A stretch of 64,000 nucleotides of DNA from Coriobacteriia bacterium (GCA_018368455.1 JAGZEG010000005.1:22322-86321); one strand, 5' to 3'. Shown: positions 18,923 through 27,855, counted from the first letter of the stretch. Numbers and translations: made by a program. Notes: generated by a model from the sequence alone, not told the origin.

Positions 18923-21220
18923 ATGGACGAGCGCGCACCGCAGGACACCATCGAGTCGCCGGCCGGCGAGACAGGCTCGCAGGTCGTGGCCGCTCGCGCC
19001 GCTTGCGATGCTGCTTCGGGTGCGACCCCCGTGTCCGACGTGCCGTGCGAGGTGGCGACCTCTGTGGAGTCGCGCGATGTCGCCGGCACGAGTGCGCAGG
19101 CCTTTGTGGACGCACGTCCGGCTGCGCAGGCTTCCGACGGTATGCGCGACGTCGTCACGACGTGCGGTGGGTGCGACGCCGAGTGCGCGTTCTACGCTCG
19201 CATCTCCCCGCAGACGGGTCGCGTCGAGGCGACGCTGCCCGTGCCCGGCCACCCCTGCGAAGCGCCACGCCTCTGCGGCCGCGGAAAGCGCCGCCTCGGT
19301 ATGCCGTACTTTGGCGACGATCGCGTGCTGCACCCGCTCAAGCGCCAGCCTGACGGCACGTTCGCCCCGATCTCCTGGGAGCAGGCCTACGCTGAGATAG
19401 CCGAGCGCATCCAGGCCATCATCGCAGCCCACGGTGCGCCCTCGCTGGCGTGCACGACGGGTGTTTCCTCGTATTTCCGCTGGTACGCCGCCCGTCTGCT
19501 TGCGGCTCTGGGCTCGCCGAACATCTACGGTGTCAACGGCGCGTGCGAGTCGAGCCGCGTCACCGGCTGGCAGCACACGCTGGGCTACAGCCCTGACAGC
19601 GACCTGGAGCACACGGACTACATCGTTTATCTCGGCCGTTCGCTCGTGGACTCCGCGAGCGTCTCGACGGGCAGCCTCGTGACGCAGGCCCGCGAGCGCG
19701 GTGCTGGCATCGTCTCCGTCGACCCGCGGCGCAACTCCACGGTGGACAAGGCGACGGAGTGGCTCAAGATCCGTCCCGGTCACGATCTCGCGCTGCTGCT
19801 GGGCATCGCGCACGTCCTCATCAAGGAAGACCTCTACGACCGCGAGTTCGTTGCGGCTCACACGACAGGTTTCGACGAGTTTGCCCGTGCTATGGAGCCA
19901 TACACCGCTGCGTGGGCTGCCCGTGAGTGTGACATCTCCGAGGAGGCCGTCCTGCGTGTCGCCAGAGGCCTCGGCGCTGCCCGACCGCGCTCGGTCGTGG
20001 ACTGTGGCTTCCACGGTGGCATCGGTGTCGCCTACGTAAACGGTACGCAGACGGCCCGTATGATCGCCCTGGTCGACGCCCTGCTCGGCAATTACGGCCA
20101 GGAGGGTGGCAACCTCAACCCTCCGCAGGTACTGCACCTGGGCGACCTCGACCCGGCGCAGTTTCTCACGCCGCCGACGCCGCAGGCTCCCAAGGCGGGG
20201 GCCGATCGCTACCCGCTTGTCGAGGCGGGCGCAGGCCTGTGCACGACGATTGGCGAGTCCATCGAGCTCGATGAGATCCACGGCCTCATCGCTTACGCCT
20301 CCAACCCGGCCATGGGCTACGGCAACCCGCGTGAGTGGATGCGCATGCTCGGCGAGCTCGACCTGCTCGTGTGCATTGACATCCGCATGACGGAGACGGC
20401 CATGCTCGCCGACTACGTGTTGCCTGACGTGACGTTCCTCGAGTGCGACCGCGGCGTCGGCATCAAGGGGAGCGGTCTGTATTACCGCAACCGCGCGATC
20501 GAGCCACTGCATCCCGACACGCGCTCGGCCGACCGCGTCATTCGCGAGCTCGCCGACGCCTTGGGGGTGGGACGATACTTCGCGTTTACGGCAGACGACC
20601 TGGCCCGCGCGCGCATCGCGCCCTACGGGGCCGACCTGGACGAGCTCAAACGCGTGGGTTATTGGGATACGGGCATCGACCTGTCGGCGCGCACAGGAGA
20701 GCCCGTCATCGAGACGCCCGACGGCAAGATCGCTTTTGCGAGCGAGCTGTGGGAGCGGGCTGGCCTGGGGCGCACGCCGGGCTGGCAGCCGCCGCTCGTC
20801 GAGCCGGGACCTGGGGAGTTCCGCCTCATTTCGGGGAACAACCCGTTCGAGTCGCACACATCGTCGCACGTGCTGGCCGGCAAGAAGGGTGATCCGGCGC
20901 GCGAGCGCATGGCGGGTGTGTGGATGCACACGAGCCGCGCCGCTGAGCTGGGCATTGCCGACGGCGAGGAGGTCGAGGTCGTCTCCGAGCTGGGGCGCGA
21001 CCGCGTCATCGCGCACGTGACAGACGACATCCATCCCAGCGCTCTGTTCACGTCGGCCGCTCCGGGCGGGCGCAGCGGCAAGTTTGCCGGCAAGCAGCAG
21101 GCGGGGGAGGGCGCCATGGGCGTGGGCCCGCTCGACCATACGCCGCTGCGCTATGACCGGCTGACGGGCGCCGCCCTGACGCAGGAGAACGTCGTGCGTG
21201 TGGAGCGCCTCGCTCGGTAG
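18923..21220 (+). CDS. molybdopterin (bis-MGD) oxidoreductase, DMSO-reductase superfamily, no Tat signal
   Basis: ATG at 18923. N-terminal CGGCDAEC...C...C Fe-S motif after ~60 low-complexity residues, then molybdopterin oxidoreductase and C-terminal dinucleotide-binding regions. No twin-arginine motif. Confidence 0.8.
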   Translation: MDERAPQDTIESPAGETGSQVVAARAACDAASGATPVSDVPCEVATSVESRDVAGTSAQAFVDARPAAQASDGMRDVVTTCGGCDAECAFYARISPQTGRVEATLPVPGHPCEAPRLCGRGKRRLGMPYFGDDRVLHPLKRQPDGTFAPISWEQAYAEIAERIQAIIAAHGAPSLACTTGVSSYFRWYAARLLAALGSPNIYGVNGACESSRVTGWQHTLGYSPDSDLEHTDYIVYLGRSLVDSASVSTGSLVTQARERGAGIVSVDPRRNSTVDKATEWLKIRPGHDLALLLGIAHVLIKEDLYDREFVAAHTTGFDEFARAMEPYTAAWAARECDISEEAVLRVARGLGAARPRSVVDCGFHGGIGVAYVNGTQTARMIALVDALLGNYGQEGGNLNPPQVLHLGDLDPAQFLTPPTPQAPKAGADRYPLVEAGAGLCTTIGESIELDEIHGLIAYASNPAMGYGNPREWMRMLGELDLLVCIDIRMTETAMLADYVLPDVTFLECDRGVGIKGSGLYYRNRAIEPLHPDTRSADRVIRELADALGVGRYFAFTADDLARARIAPYGADLDELKRVGYWDTGIDLSARTGEPVIETPDGKIAFASELWERAGLGRTPGWQPPLVEPGPGEFRLISGNNPFESHTSSHVLAGKKGDPARERMAGVWMHTSRAAELGIADGEEVEVVSELGRDRVIAHVTDDIHPSALFTSAAPGGRSGKFAGKQQAGEGAMGVGPLDHTPLRYDRLTGAALTQENVVRVERLAR

Positions 21221-21292
21221 GCCTGCGAGCGTTGCGGCTTTTGGCGGCGTCGGGCACGGCTCTGCGCGCGGAGGCGGGCGCTGCTTGCGGAC

Positions 21293-21452
21293 GAGAATCG
21301 AGCTCGTGAATGCTCTCGCTGGGCCGGCCGCCCCGCAGCGCCGGCAAAACCGCAGGTGCCCGGCTTCCGACAGGTGCGCGGCGCGTCCTTAGGGGGAGGC
21401 GACCTATGCACGAGCGGCCTTCCTGCCCGCGAAAGGCCGCTCGGCGTGCGGG
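21293..21452 (+). repeat. intergenic ~160-nt repeat unit, copy A
   Basis: Shares the ordered blocks GAGAATCGRGCTCGTG, CAAAACCGCAGGTG, CACGAGCGGCCTTYCTG and CTCGGCGTGC with copy B, 292 bp downstream. Confidence 0.8.
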
Positions 21453-21584
21453 GATGGGCGCTCGCATGCTTCTGGACGCTTTCCGCGGCGAGCGGCCCTT
21501 GCGGTTTTGCGCGGGCACCGTGCACCTGTACGGTTGCGAACGCCTACGGGCGCGGTTTTGCACGCATGCCCATCTTTCGTGGGC

Positions 21585-21744
21585 GAGAATCGGGCTCGTG
21601 CATACCCCCACTAGATCGCCTGGCCTGCGGTGCCAGCAAAACCGCAGGTGGGCGCTCTCTGTCGAGTCACTTGCGGGCCCCCGGGGAGACGTCGGCCATA
21701 CACGAGCGGCCTTTCTGGCCCCGGAGAGCCCCTCGGCGTGCAAG
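21585..21744 (+). repeat. intergenic ~160-nt repeat unit, copy B
   Basis: See copy A; same block order and spacing. Confidence 0.8.
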
Positions 21745-21912
21745 AGTTCGCGCCGTTGACGTGGGCCGTGCCAGCGTGGCCTCTCGGTGGCCGCCGCCGT
21801 TCCGACCGCGCTATCCTGCTCGCCTTTCGTGCACTATCATGATGCCTGCGGCGGATCCTACTGGCTCAACCCGTCCGCCTCGCTGCCGGACTGCTACCTG
21901 CTGGAGTGCTCT

Positions 21913-23565
21913 ATGGAAGGCTTCGCCCTCATCTCGACGGGCTTCTGGTCCATCGTCCCGCCGCTGCTTGCGCTCGTGCTTGCGCTCGTGACGAAGGAGG
22001 TCTACTCCTCGCTGGCGCTTGGCGTGCTTTCAGGCCTCGTCATCTACCAGTTCAGCCTCAACGGCGTCGGCTTTGGGCAGTTCCTCGACGCGTTCGCCAT
22101 GCTGCCACGCATGTTCGCCGAGCAGATCGGCGGCAACGGAGCGCTCATCCTGTTCCTGGCACTGTTGGGCGCGCTCACGGTCGTCATCGCCATCGCAGGT
22201 GGCTCGCGAGCCTATGCGCAGTGGGTGACGGCGCACGTCAAGAACGAGCGCATCGCCCAAATGCTCACGGCCGTGCTCGGCGTGCTCATCTTCATCGACG
22301 ACTACTTCAACTGCCTCACGGTCGGTGCCGTCATGCGTCCCATTCTCGACCGCTTCAAGGTCAGCCGCGAGAAGCTTGCCTGGATCATCGACTCCATGGC
22401 GGCGCCGGTGTGCATCATCGCTCCCGTGTCATCGTGGGCGGTCGCTGTGGGTGGTTATCTGGGCGAAGACGGCTTCAATACGTTTGTCGCCTCAATCCCG
22501 TACAACCTGTACGCGCTGCTGACGATCTACTTCGTCATCCTGCTCATCGTGACGGGCTGGGACTTCGGCCTCATGCTCAAGGCGGAGCGTGCGTGCAAAG
22601 GGTTGGCGAATCCCGAGCGCATTCCCCGCAGCGGCACCGTCATGGACGCCGTGTCGAGCATGCGCCTCCACGGCAAGGCTGACGAGGACCTCGAGGGGCG
22701 CGTGCAGGTCCCCAGCGTCGTAACGGAGGAATCCGATATCGACGGGGCGGCCGAGGAAGAGCTGCGCACGTACAAGGGCCTGGCCATCTCCGAGCGCGGC
22801 CGCGTGAGCGACCTGATCATCCCGCTTGTCGTACTCATCGTGTTCTCTGTCATTGGCATGCTGTATATGGGCGGCTTCTTCGAGGGCGTGGCGTTCTCCG
22901 TCGCCATCGGCGAGGATCCCGTCTCCGGCCTGTGCATCGGCGCATGCGTGGCGCTGCTCGTGGCGGCGGCCATGTTCCTGCCGCGCCGGCTCATGACTCT
23001 CGACCGCTTCGTCGAGGGCCTCTCCGAGGGCGTGCGCTCGATGGTGGGCGCCATTATGATCCTCGTGCTGGCGTGGAGCCTGGGCAGCCTGTGCCGCTAC
23101 ATGCTGGGCACGGGCGAGTTCGTCGCGGGCGTCGTCACGGGCTCGGGCGCGCCGATGAGCATGCTGCCCGTACTCATCTCCGTCGTCGCGGCGTTCATCT
23201 CGTTTGCGATGGGCACGTCGTGGGGCACGATGGCCTTGCTGCTGCCCATCGTGCTCGGCCTGTTCCAGCCGTCTGACCCGCTTTACCTGGCGGCTATCGG
23301 CTCGACGCTTGCAGGCGCTGTGTTCGGCGACCACATCTCGCCTATCTCGGACACGACGATCCTCTCGTCGACGGGCGCGCAGTGCAACCACTTGCGTCAC
23401 GTCTCGACGCAGATTCCCTATGCCGGCCTCGTCATGGCATGCGGACTCGTGGGCTACGCCATCATCGGCGTGACGGCGAGCCCGTGGCTGGCGCTCGCTG
23501 CGAGTCTCGTGCTCGTGACGGCGCTCACGTGGGCGCTGCATCGCGTGAGTGCTCGCCGGGGATAG
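21913..23565 (+). CDS. NhaC-family Na+/H+ antiporter-like transporter
   Basis: ATG at 21913 (MEGFALISTGFWSIVPPLLALVLALVTKEVYSSL). About 550-aa polytopic protein with an NhaC-type N terminus. The family call is from memory of family features. Confidence 0.7.
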   Translation: MEGFALISTGFWSIVPPLLALVLALVTKEVYSSLALGVLSGLVIYQFSLNGVGFGQFLDAFAMLPRMFAEQIGGNGALILFLALLGALTVVIAIAGGSRAYAQWVTAHVKNERIAQMLTAVLGVLIFIDDYFNCLTVGAVMRPILDRFKVSREKLAWIIDSMAAPVCIIAPVSSWAVAVGGYLGEDGFNTFVASIPYNLYALLTIYFVILLIVTGWDFGLMLKAERACKGLANPERIPRSGTVMDAVSSMRLHGKADEDLEGRVQVPSVVTEESDIDGAAEEELRTYKGLAISERGRVSDLIIPLVVLIVFSVIGMLYMGGFFEGVAFSVAIGEDPVSGLCIGACVALLVAAAMFLPRRLMTLDRFVEGLSEGVRSMVGAIMILVLAWSLGSLCRYMLGTGEFVAGVVTGSGAPMSMLPVLISVVAAFISFAMGTSWGTMALLLPIVLGLFQPSDPLYLAAIGSTLAGAVFGDHISPISDTTILSSTGAQCNHLRHVSTQIPYAGLVMACGLVGYAIIGVTASPWLALAASLVLVTALTWALHRVSARRG

Positions 23566-23639
23566 GGGAGCGCGGGTGCCGGAGAGCCGGTGCGGGCTCC
23601 GCTGGTTTCCGGGCGCGCGTGCCTTGCTGGGGGGCGTGT

Positions 23640-24260
23640 CAGGGGCGCCCGAGTGGGCGCGCTTCGCGGGGCTGCGTGTGCCACACTGGGGCAACGCATG
23701 CGGGTGGGAGTCCCCGGACCCCGGCGCGTTTTGCGGCTACGTGCGCTTTGCCGGGGCGACGTGCGGGGACTCCCGGGTGGGTGCGCTTGGCGGCCGCGCG
23801 TGCTTTGCTGGGGCGACTCCACAGGGGACACCCGGGCGGGTGCGTCATGCTGGGGCTGCGCATACGGGTGGGATCCCGGGCTCCGGCGCGTTTTGCGACT
23901 GTGCGCGCCACACCGGAGCGACGTGCGGGGACTCCCGGGAGGGTGCGCTTGGCGGCCGCGCGTGCTTTGCTGGGGCGACTCCACAGGGGACACCCGGGCG
24001 GGTGCGTCATGCTGGGGCGAGGCGTGCAGGTCGGAATTCCCGGGCGGACATGTTTTGCGGTTGCGTGCGCCATACTGGGGCGACGCATGTGGGTGGGACC
24101 TCCGGGCGGGTGTGTCATGCTGGGGTTATACGCATGTGGGTAGGGTCTCCCCGGACCCCGACACGTTTTGCGACTGCGCACGCCACACTGGGGCGACGCC
24201 GCTGGGGGCTACCGTGCCCGGGTGGGCGCGTTTTGCGGATCTGCCAGGTTTTGCAAACCG
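23640..24260. repeat. degenerate tandem repeat array with a 162-bp higher-order period
   Basis: 23756-23855 and 23918-24017 are 100-nt copies with one mismatch. The flanks carry diverged ~55-nt subunits sharing GTTTTGCGRCT and CCACACTGGGGCGACG. Confidence 0.9.
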
Positions 24261-24499
24261 CCCGTCCGGATCTGGGCGCGATGCGCGGCTCTGCGAGGTT
24301 TGCGGAGGCGCCACCACCGGCAGGTCCATCTCGCTCGCAAGAAAACCGCAGGTAGAAAGCGCGGTACTTCGCAGGAAACGCATCCGGGTGCCCGCAGAAC
24401 CCGTGCAAACCTAGCACGCCCGCAATTTGCGCCCAGACTTCGCCTCCCGTTTTGCAAAACCTAGCAGATCCGCAAATCCGTGCCAGGCCTGAGTGCCCA

Positions 24500-24690
24500 C
24501 CTCGTCCCCGGCCCTCGGTGCCCCAGGTCCCTATGCGCCGCGCCTTGTCCCTGGCCCTCGCGGTACCCCCGGGGTCCCTCCGCATCCCGCCTCGCCCCTG
24601 GCCCTCGGCGCACCCAGGGCCCTCCGTGCCCCGTCTCGCCCTGGCCCTCGGCTCTCGGCGCCCCCGGGGTTCTCCGCACCCTGCCCCCGA
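24500..24690. repeat. degenerate ~45-bp tandem repeat (CCCTGGCCCTCGG core)
   Basis: Core recurs near 24506, 24549, 24596 and 24639. Confidence 0.7.
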
Positions 24691-24908
24691 GTCCCAGCTT
24701 CGCCGGTCCTCCCGATTTCCTCCTCGCCCCTGGCGTCCCCGCGACCCTCACTCATCCCTTTCGTATGACGCGCGCTCAGCGATATCGGTGGCTTCTACGG
24801 ACGCGTTGGCACTCCTGCCGAGGCTACCTTGGAATACGTGAGCGTACCTGCGGAAATCTGCGGATCTGCTCGCATATCAAGGGGCATCGACAAGGAGGAG
24901 ATGCACGC

Positions 24909-25412
24909 ATGAAAGAAACTACAGGCGTCGATAGAAGGCGATTCTGCATGATGGCGGCCGGCGCCGCGGGCGTCGTCGCCGCGGGCGACTTGCTGGCAGG
25001 CACCGGCGCGGCCCAGGCTGCCGAGGCGTCCGCGAGCGCAGACGGCGAGGCTGCTGCAGCCGCAGCTGCCGTCCCGCCGATCTACGTCGTCGACCGCTAC
25101 GAGACGAAGCCCGGCGACGGCGAGGCGTTCCTGAACGACTACCTCGAGCGCTACGCCCCGCTCGCCCAGGCGACGGGTGCCGAGCTCGTGAGCACGCTCG
25201 TGGCGCCGCCGTGCTGGCTGCCCATGGACTCCAACGTCCTCACGTTCACGTGGAAGGTCGCCGGCGTTGGCGGGTGCTGGGGTATCGACACGCCGCTGCG
25301 CCCCAACCCCGATGTCCAGGCGTGGTGGGACGAGGTTCGCGAGCGCACCGTGAGCATGGACCGCTCGTACTTCGCCGACCCCGCCGACATGGAGGTGCTG
25401 AACAATGTTTAG
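24909..25412 (+). CDS. Tat-signal NIPSNAP/dimeric alpha-beta-barrel-like protein
   Basis: AAGGAGGAG RBS. MKETTGVDRRRFCMMAAGAAGVVAAG...AQA twin-arginine signal. The mature part (IYVVDRYETKPGDGEAFLNDYLERYAPL...) resembles NIPSNAP/Dabb folds. Confidence 0.65.
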   Translation: MKETTGVDRRRFCMMAAGAAGVVAAGDLLAGTGAAQAAEASASADGEAAAAAAAVPPIYVVDRYETKPGDGEAFLNDYLERYAPLAQATGAELVSTLVAPPCWLPMDSNVLTFTWKVAGVGGCWGIDTPLRPNPDVQAWWDEVRERTVSMDRSYFADPADMEVLNNV

Positions 25413-26079
25413 CGCATCGTTTCTCGTCTCGTACGCCGAAGGTCTGCCCGAGGCCGACCAGCAGGCCCTCTACGCCGACCTCGAGGCTGCCGGCAAGGCG
25501 CTGAGCGACGTCTCCGTCATCGGTATCGTCCTCGAGCCCGCCACGCAGGCTCCTGGCAACATCATGTTCGAGATCGGCTTCCCGAACCAGGATGCCTACG
25601 AGGAGGCCAAGGGCACCGACACGTGGGCCAACCTCAAGGACATGCTCGCTGACACGAAGCGCGTGAGCCTGTACCAGTTCGCGGCGTACGGCGACGACGG
25701 CATCCTCAAGCTGACGGACACCGAAAAGGCCACGTGCCACCGCCTGCTGTTCACGCATGTGCGTGACGGCGCCGATCCCGCCATGGTCGAGCACGCCTAC
25801 GAGGTCATGCCCTACATGCAGGACTTCGTGCCCGGCTTTGTCAACTCGAAGATCTCGAAGGTCGTCGAGAGCGAGGGCTCGCAGACGTGGGATTACGTGT
25901 TCGAGTGCGACTACTCCGATCCCTCGGTCTATCCGGGTGCCTACATCATGCAGCCCATCCACATCACGTACATTGACCGCTTCTTTGAGCCGGCCTGCGC
26001 GCAGTACGTGTTCGTGCCCGACCTGTGCACGTCCGTCATCGAGACGGATGGCCCGTTCCTGGCCAACTACGCCGAGTAA
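25405..26079 (+). CDS. tandem Dabb (stress-responsive alpha-beta-barrel)-like protein, no signal peptide
   Basis: ATG overlaps the upstream stop (AATGTTTAG), indicating translational coupling. Two ~100-aa halves with Dabb-like features. Family call is tentative. Confidence 0.6.
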   Translation: MFSASFLVSYAEGLPEADQQALYADLEAAGKALSDVSVIGIVLEPATQAPGNIMFEIGFPNQDAYEEAKGTDTWANLKDMLADTKRVSLYQFAAYGDDGILKLTDTEKATCHRLLFTHVRDGADPAMVEHAYEVMPYMQDFVPGFVNSKISKVVESEGSQTWDYVFECDYSDPSVYPGAYIMQPIHITYIDRFFEPACAQYVFVPDLCTSVIETDGPFLANYAE

Positions 26080-26239
26080 CGCGCGCGTTTGAGCCCGAAC
26101 CCCCGGGCGGCGTACGCTCGACAGCTCTACCCATCGCGGTCCGGGCGCACCCCCGACGCCCGTGGCCTCGAAGCGGCCGGCCCCTCCCACCAGAGCGGGC
26201 TGGCCGCCTGTTTTTGCGTGGAAGCGCGCGCATTCTGGC

Positions 26240-26405
26240 CAGAAACTGAGCTCGTGAATAGGCCCTCTAACCTCCCCGCTCCTGCCCACCAAACCTGAAA
26301 GACAAAGCTGCAGCTTGCGAAATTCCCGCAGCCGAGAAGGGCGCCACTCGGGAAATGGCCCCATACACAAGCCCGCCTCCTGGCCACGAATCGCCCCCTT
26401 GTGTG
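26240..26405 (+). repeat. intergenic ~160-nt repeat unit, copy C (diverged)
   Basis: CAGAAACTGAGCTCGTGAATAGG ... CCATACACAAGCCCGCCTCCTGGCC ... GTGTGCAAGG, in the same order and length as copies A and B. Confidence 0.65.
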
Positions 26406-26676
26406 CAAGGCGGGCCGACCGCACGCGTTTTTGACTCCCGCAAATTTGGGAGGTTCGCCCTCCGGCTCCGGTGCGAGAAGCGCCTGCGAGGTGCCGGGCC
26501 CCATCTCTGGCGCAGTTCCGCAGCACTCGGGCTCCGACGGTATGCGCGCCCGAGTGGTAGGGCCCTTTTCGCCGAAGCTCGAGCGACGCGAGACTGTTTG
26601 AGCACAGAGATAGGGCCCGGCGCCCCACGTTGCCGCCAGGTACCCGGGCCGCACAGAGGCGACACCTGCCCGAGCC

Positions 26677-27855
26677 CTACTTGAACAGGTCTATCAGCTC
26701 CTGTCGGTTGTGCACGCCGAGCTTGCTGTACAGATGGCTCGCATGCGTGCGCGCCGTGCCCTCCGATATGTAGAGCTCCTTCTGGATGTACGGCAGGCTC
26801 CGCCCCTCGAGCAGCAGGTCGAGCACCTCCCGCTCGCGCTTCGTCAGCTCTCCCTGCTCGACGACGCTCTCGATGCGCTGCGCCCGCTCGGCCCCCTCGT
26901 CTGCCGCGGCGCGCTCCCACGTCCCCTCGAACACGAAAAACGACAGCACGACAAGGGCCGCCAGCGCGGCATACGTCGAGCTAGGCACGCCGGGTAGCAC
27001 CTCGCACACGACGTGCCCCAAGAAGCTGCCGAGCGCCCACGTGAGCCCCATGAACGCGAAGTACACGCCGTGCTTCAGCTTGAGCTTTGCTGCCGTGACG
27101 ATGCCGAGCTCCATGTAGAGCAGCATCATGATGAGAAACACGGGTGACGGGTCTACGAACAGCTGCGCGAGTGACGTGGCGCTGCGCGTTTCCTCCGAGG
27201 CGTAGATGACGCCGGCGGCCACGCCCATGATGATGAGGTGGACGTTGGCGGGCAGGATGACGAGCTTGCGCGTGAGCCCCTGCGAGTAGTCGGCGGGGGA
27301 GAGCGGCTGGCGGTAACCAACGAGCAGCACGAGCGGCGCGGCGATCATGAAACTGTCGTACAGGGTCTCAGGCGCGACGATGAGCAGGGCGCTCAGCGCG
27401 TAGAACAGGATGAACGACCCGAACAGCGACAGCACGAGTGCGCGCGGCCCACCTGCCTTTGCGAGGTTCTCGAGGCGCAAGATCTGGCACCCCGTCAGCG
27501 CGAGGTGCATGACGATGGCGACGAAGAAGCCGAGTGACGTGCTCGAGAGCCCCAGCAGGTCGAGCGCGATGATAGCGGCCACCGAGCCCGACGCGAGCAG
27601 CGAGAACCCCACGCGGGCGCGTACGGGCACGCGGTTCCAGCCGGGCAGCAGCAACATCACGCCGAACAGCGCCGAGAACACGAGCGCCCAGCCCATCTGG
27701 CCGAACAGTGCGGGCGTGGCGACGTACGCCTCCGTGAAGCGGGAGTGGTAGGATGCCTGATGGAACCACACCCACACGATGGCGTCGAGCACGGCTGTGC
27801 GCGCGACGATCTTCCATTTGGGGTCGAGCCGCATCGCGGGCAAACTAAGGTTCAC
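26677..27855 (-). CDS. membrane-bound LuxR-family transcriptional regulator
   Basis: Polytopic N-terminal domain plus C-terminal LuxR HTH (LTKREREVLDLLLEGRSLPYIQKELYISEGTARTHASHLYSKLGV). GTG at 27855 lies 9 nt after GGAGG; an alternative ATG is at 27834. Confidence 0.8.
   Translation of the reverse strand: MNLSLPAMRLDPKWKIVARTAVLDAIVWVWFHQASYHSRFTEAYVATPALFGQMGWALVFSALFGVMLLLPGWNRVPVRARVGFSLLASGSVAAIIALDLLGLSSTSLGFFVAIVMHLALTGCQILRLENLAKAGGPRALVLSLFGSFILFYALSALLIVAPETLYDSFMIAAPLVLLVGYRQPLSPADYSQGLTRKLVILPANVHLIIMGVAAGVIYASEETRSATSLAQLFVDPSPVFLIMMLLYMELGIVTAAKLKLKHGVYFAFMGLTWALGSFLGHVVCEVLPGVPSSTYAALAALVVLSFFVFEGTWERAAADEGAERAQRIESVVEQGELTKREREVLDLLLEGRSLPYIQKELYISEGTARTHASHLYSKLGVHNRQELIDLFK

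Noticed and set aside
23640-24260. Possible CRISPR array
   Set aside because: The intervals between conserved words are themselves repeated (162-bp higher-order unit). There are no unique spacers, no regular 28-37-bp repeat and no cas genes in the window.
23382-24414. Three overlapping plus-strand ORFs (253-274 aa) across the tandem repeat array
   Set aside because: All three frames are open only because the GC-rich repeat lacks stop codons. The peptides are repetitive Gly/Arg/Ala strings, with no RBS and no homology features.
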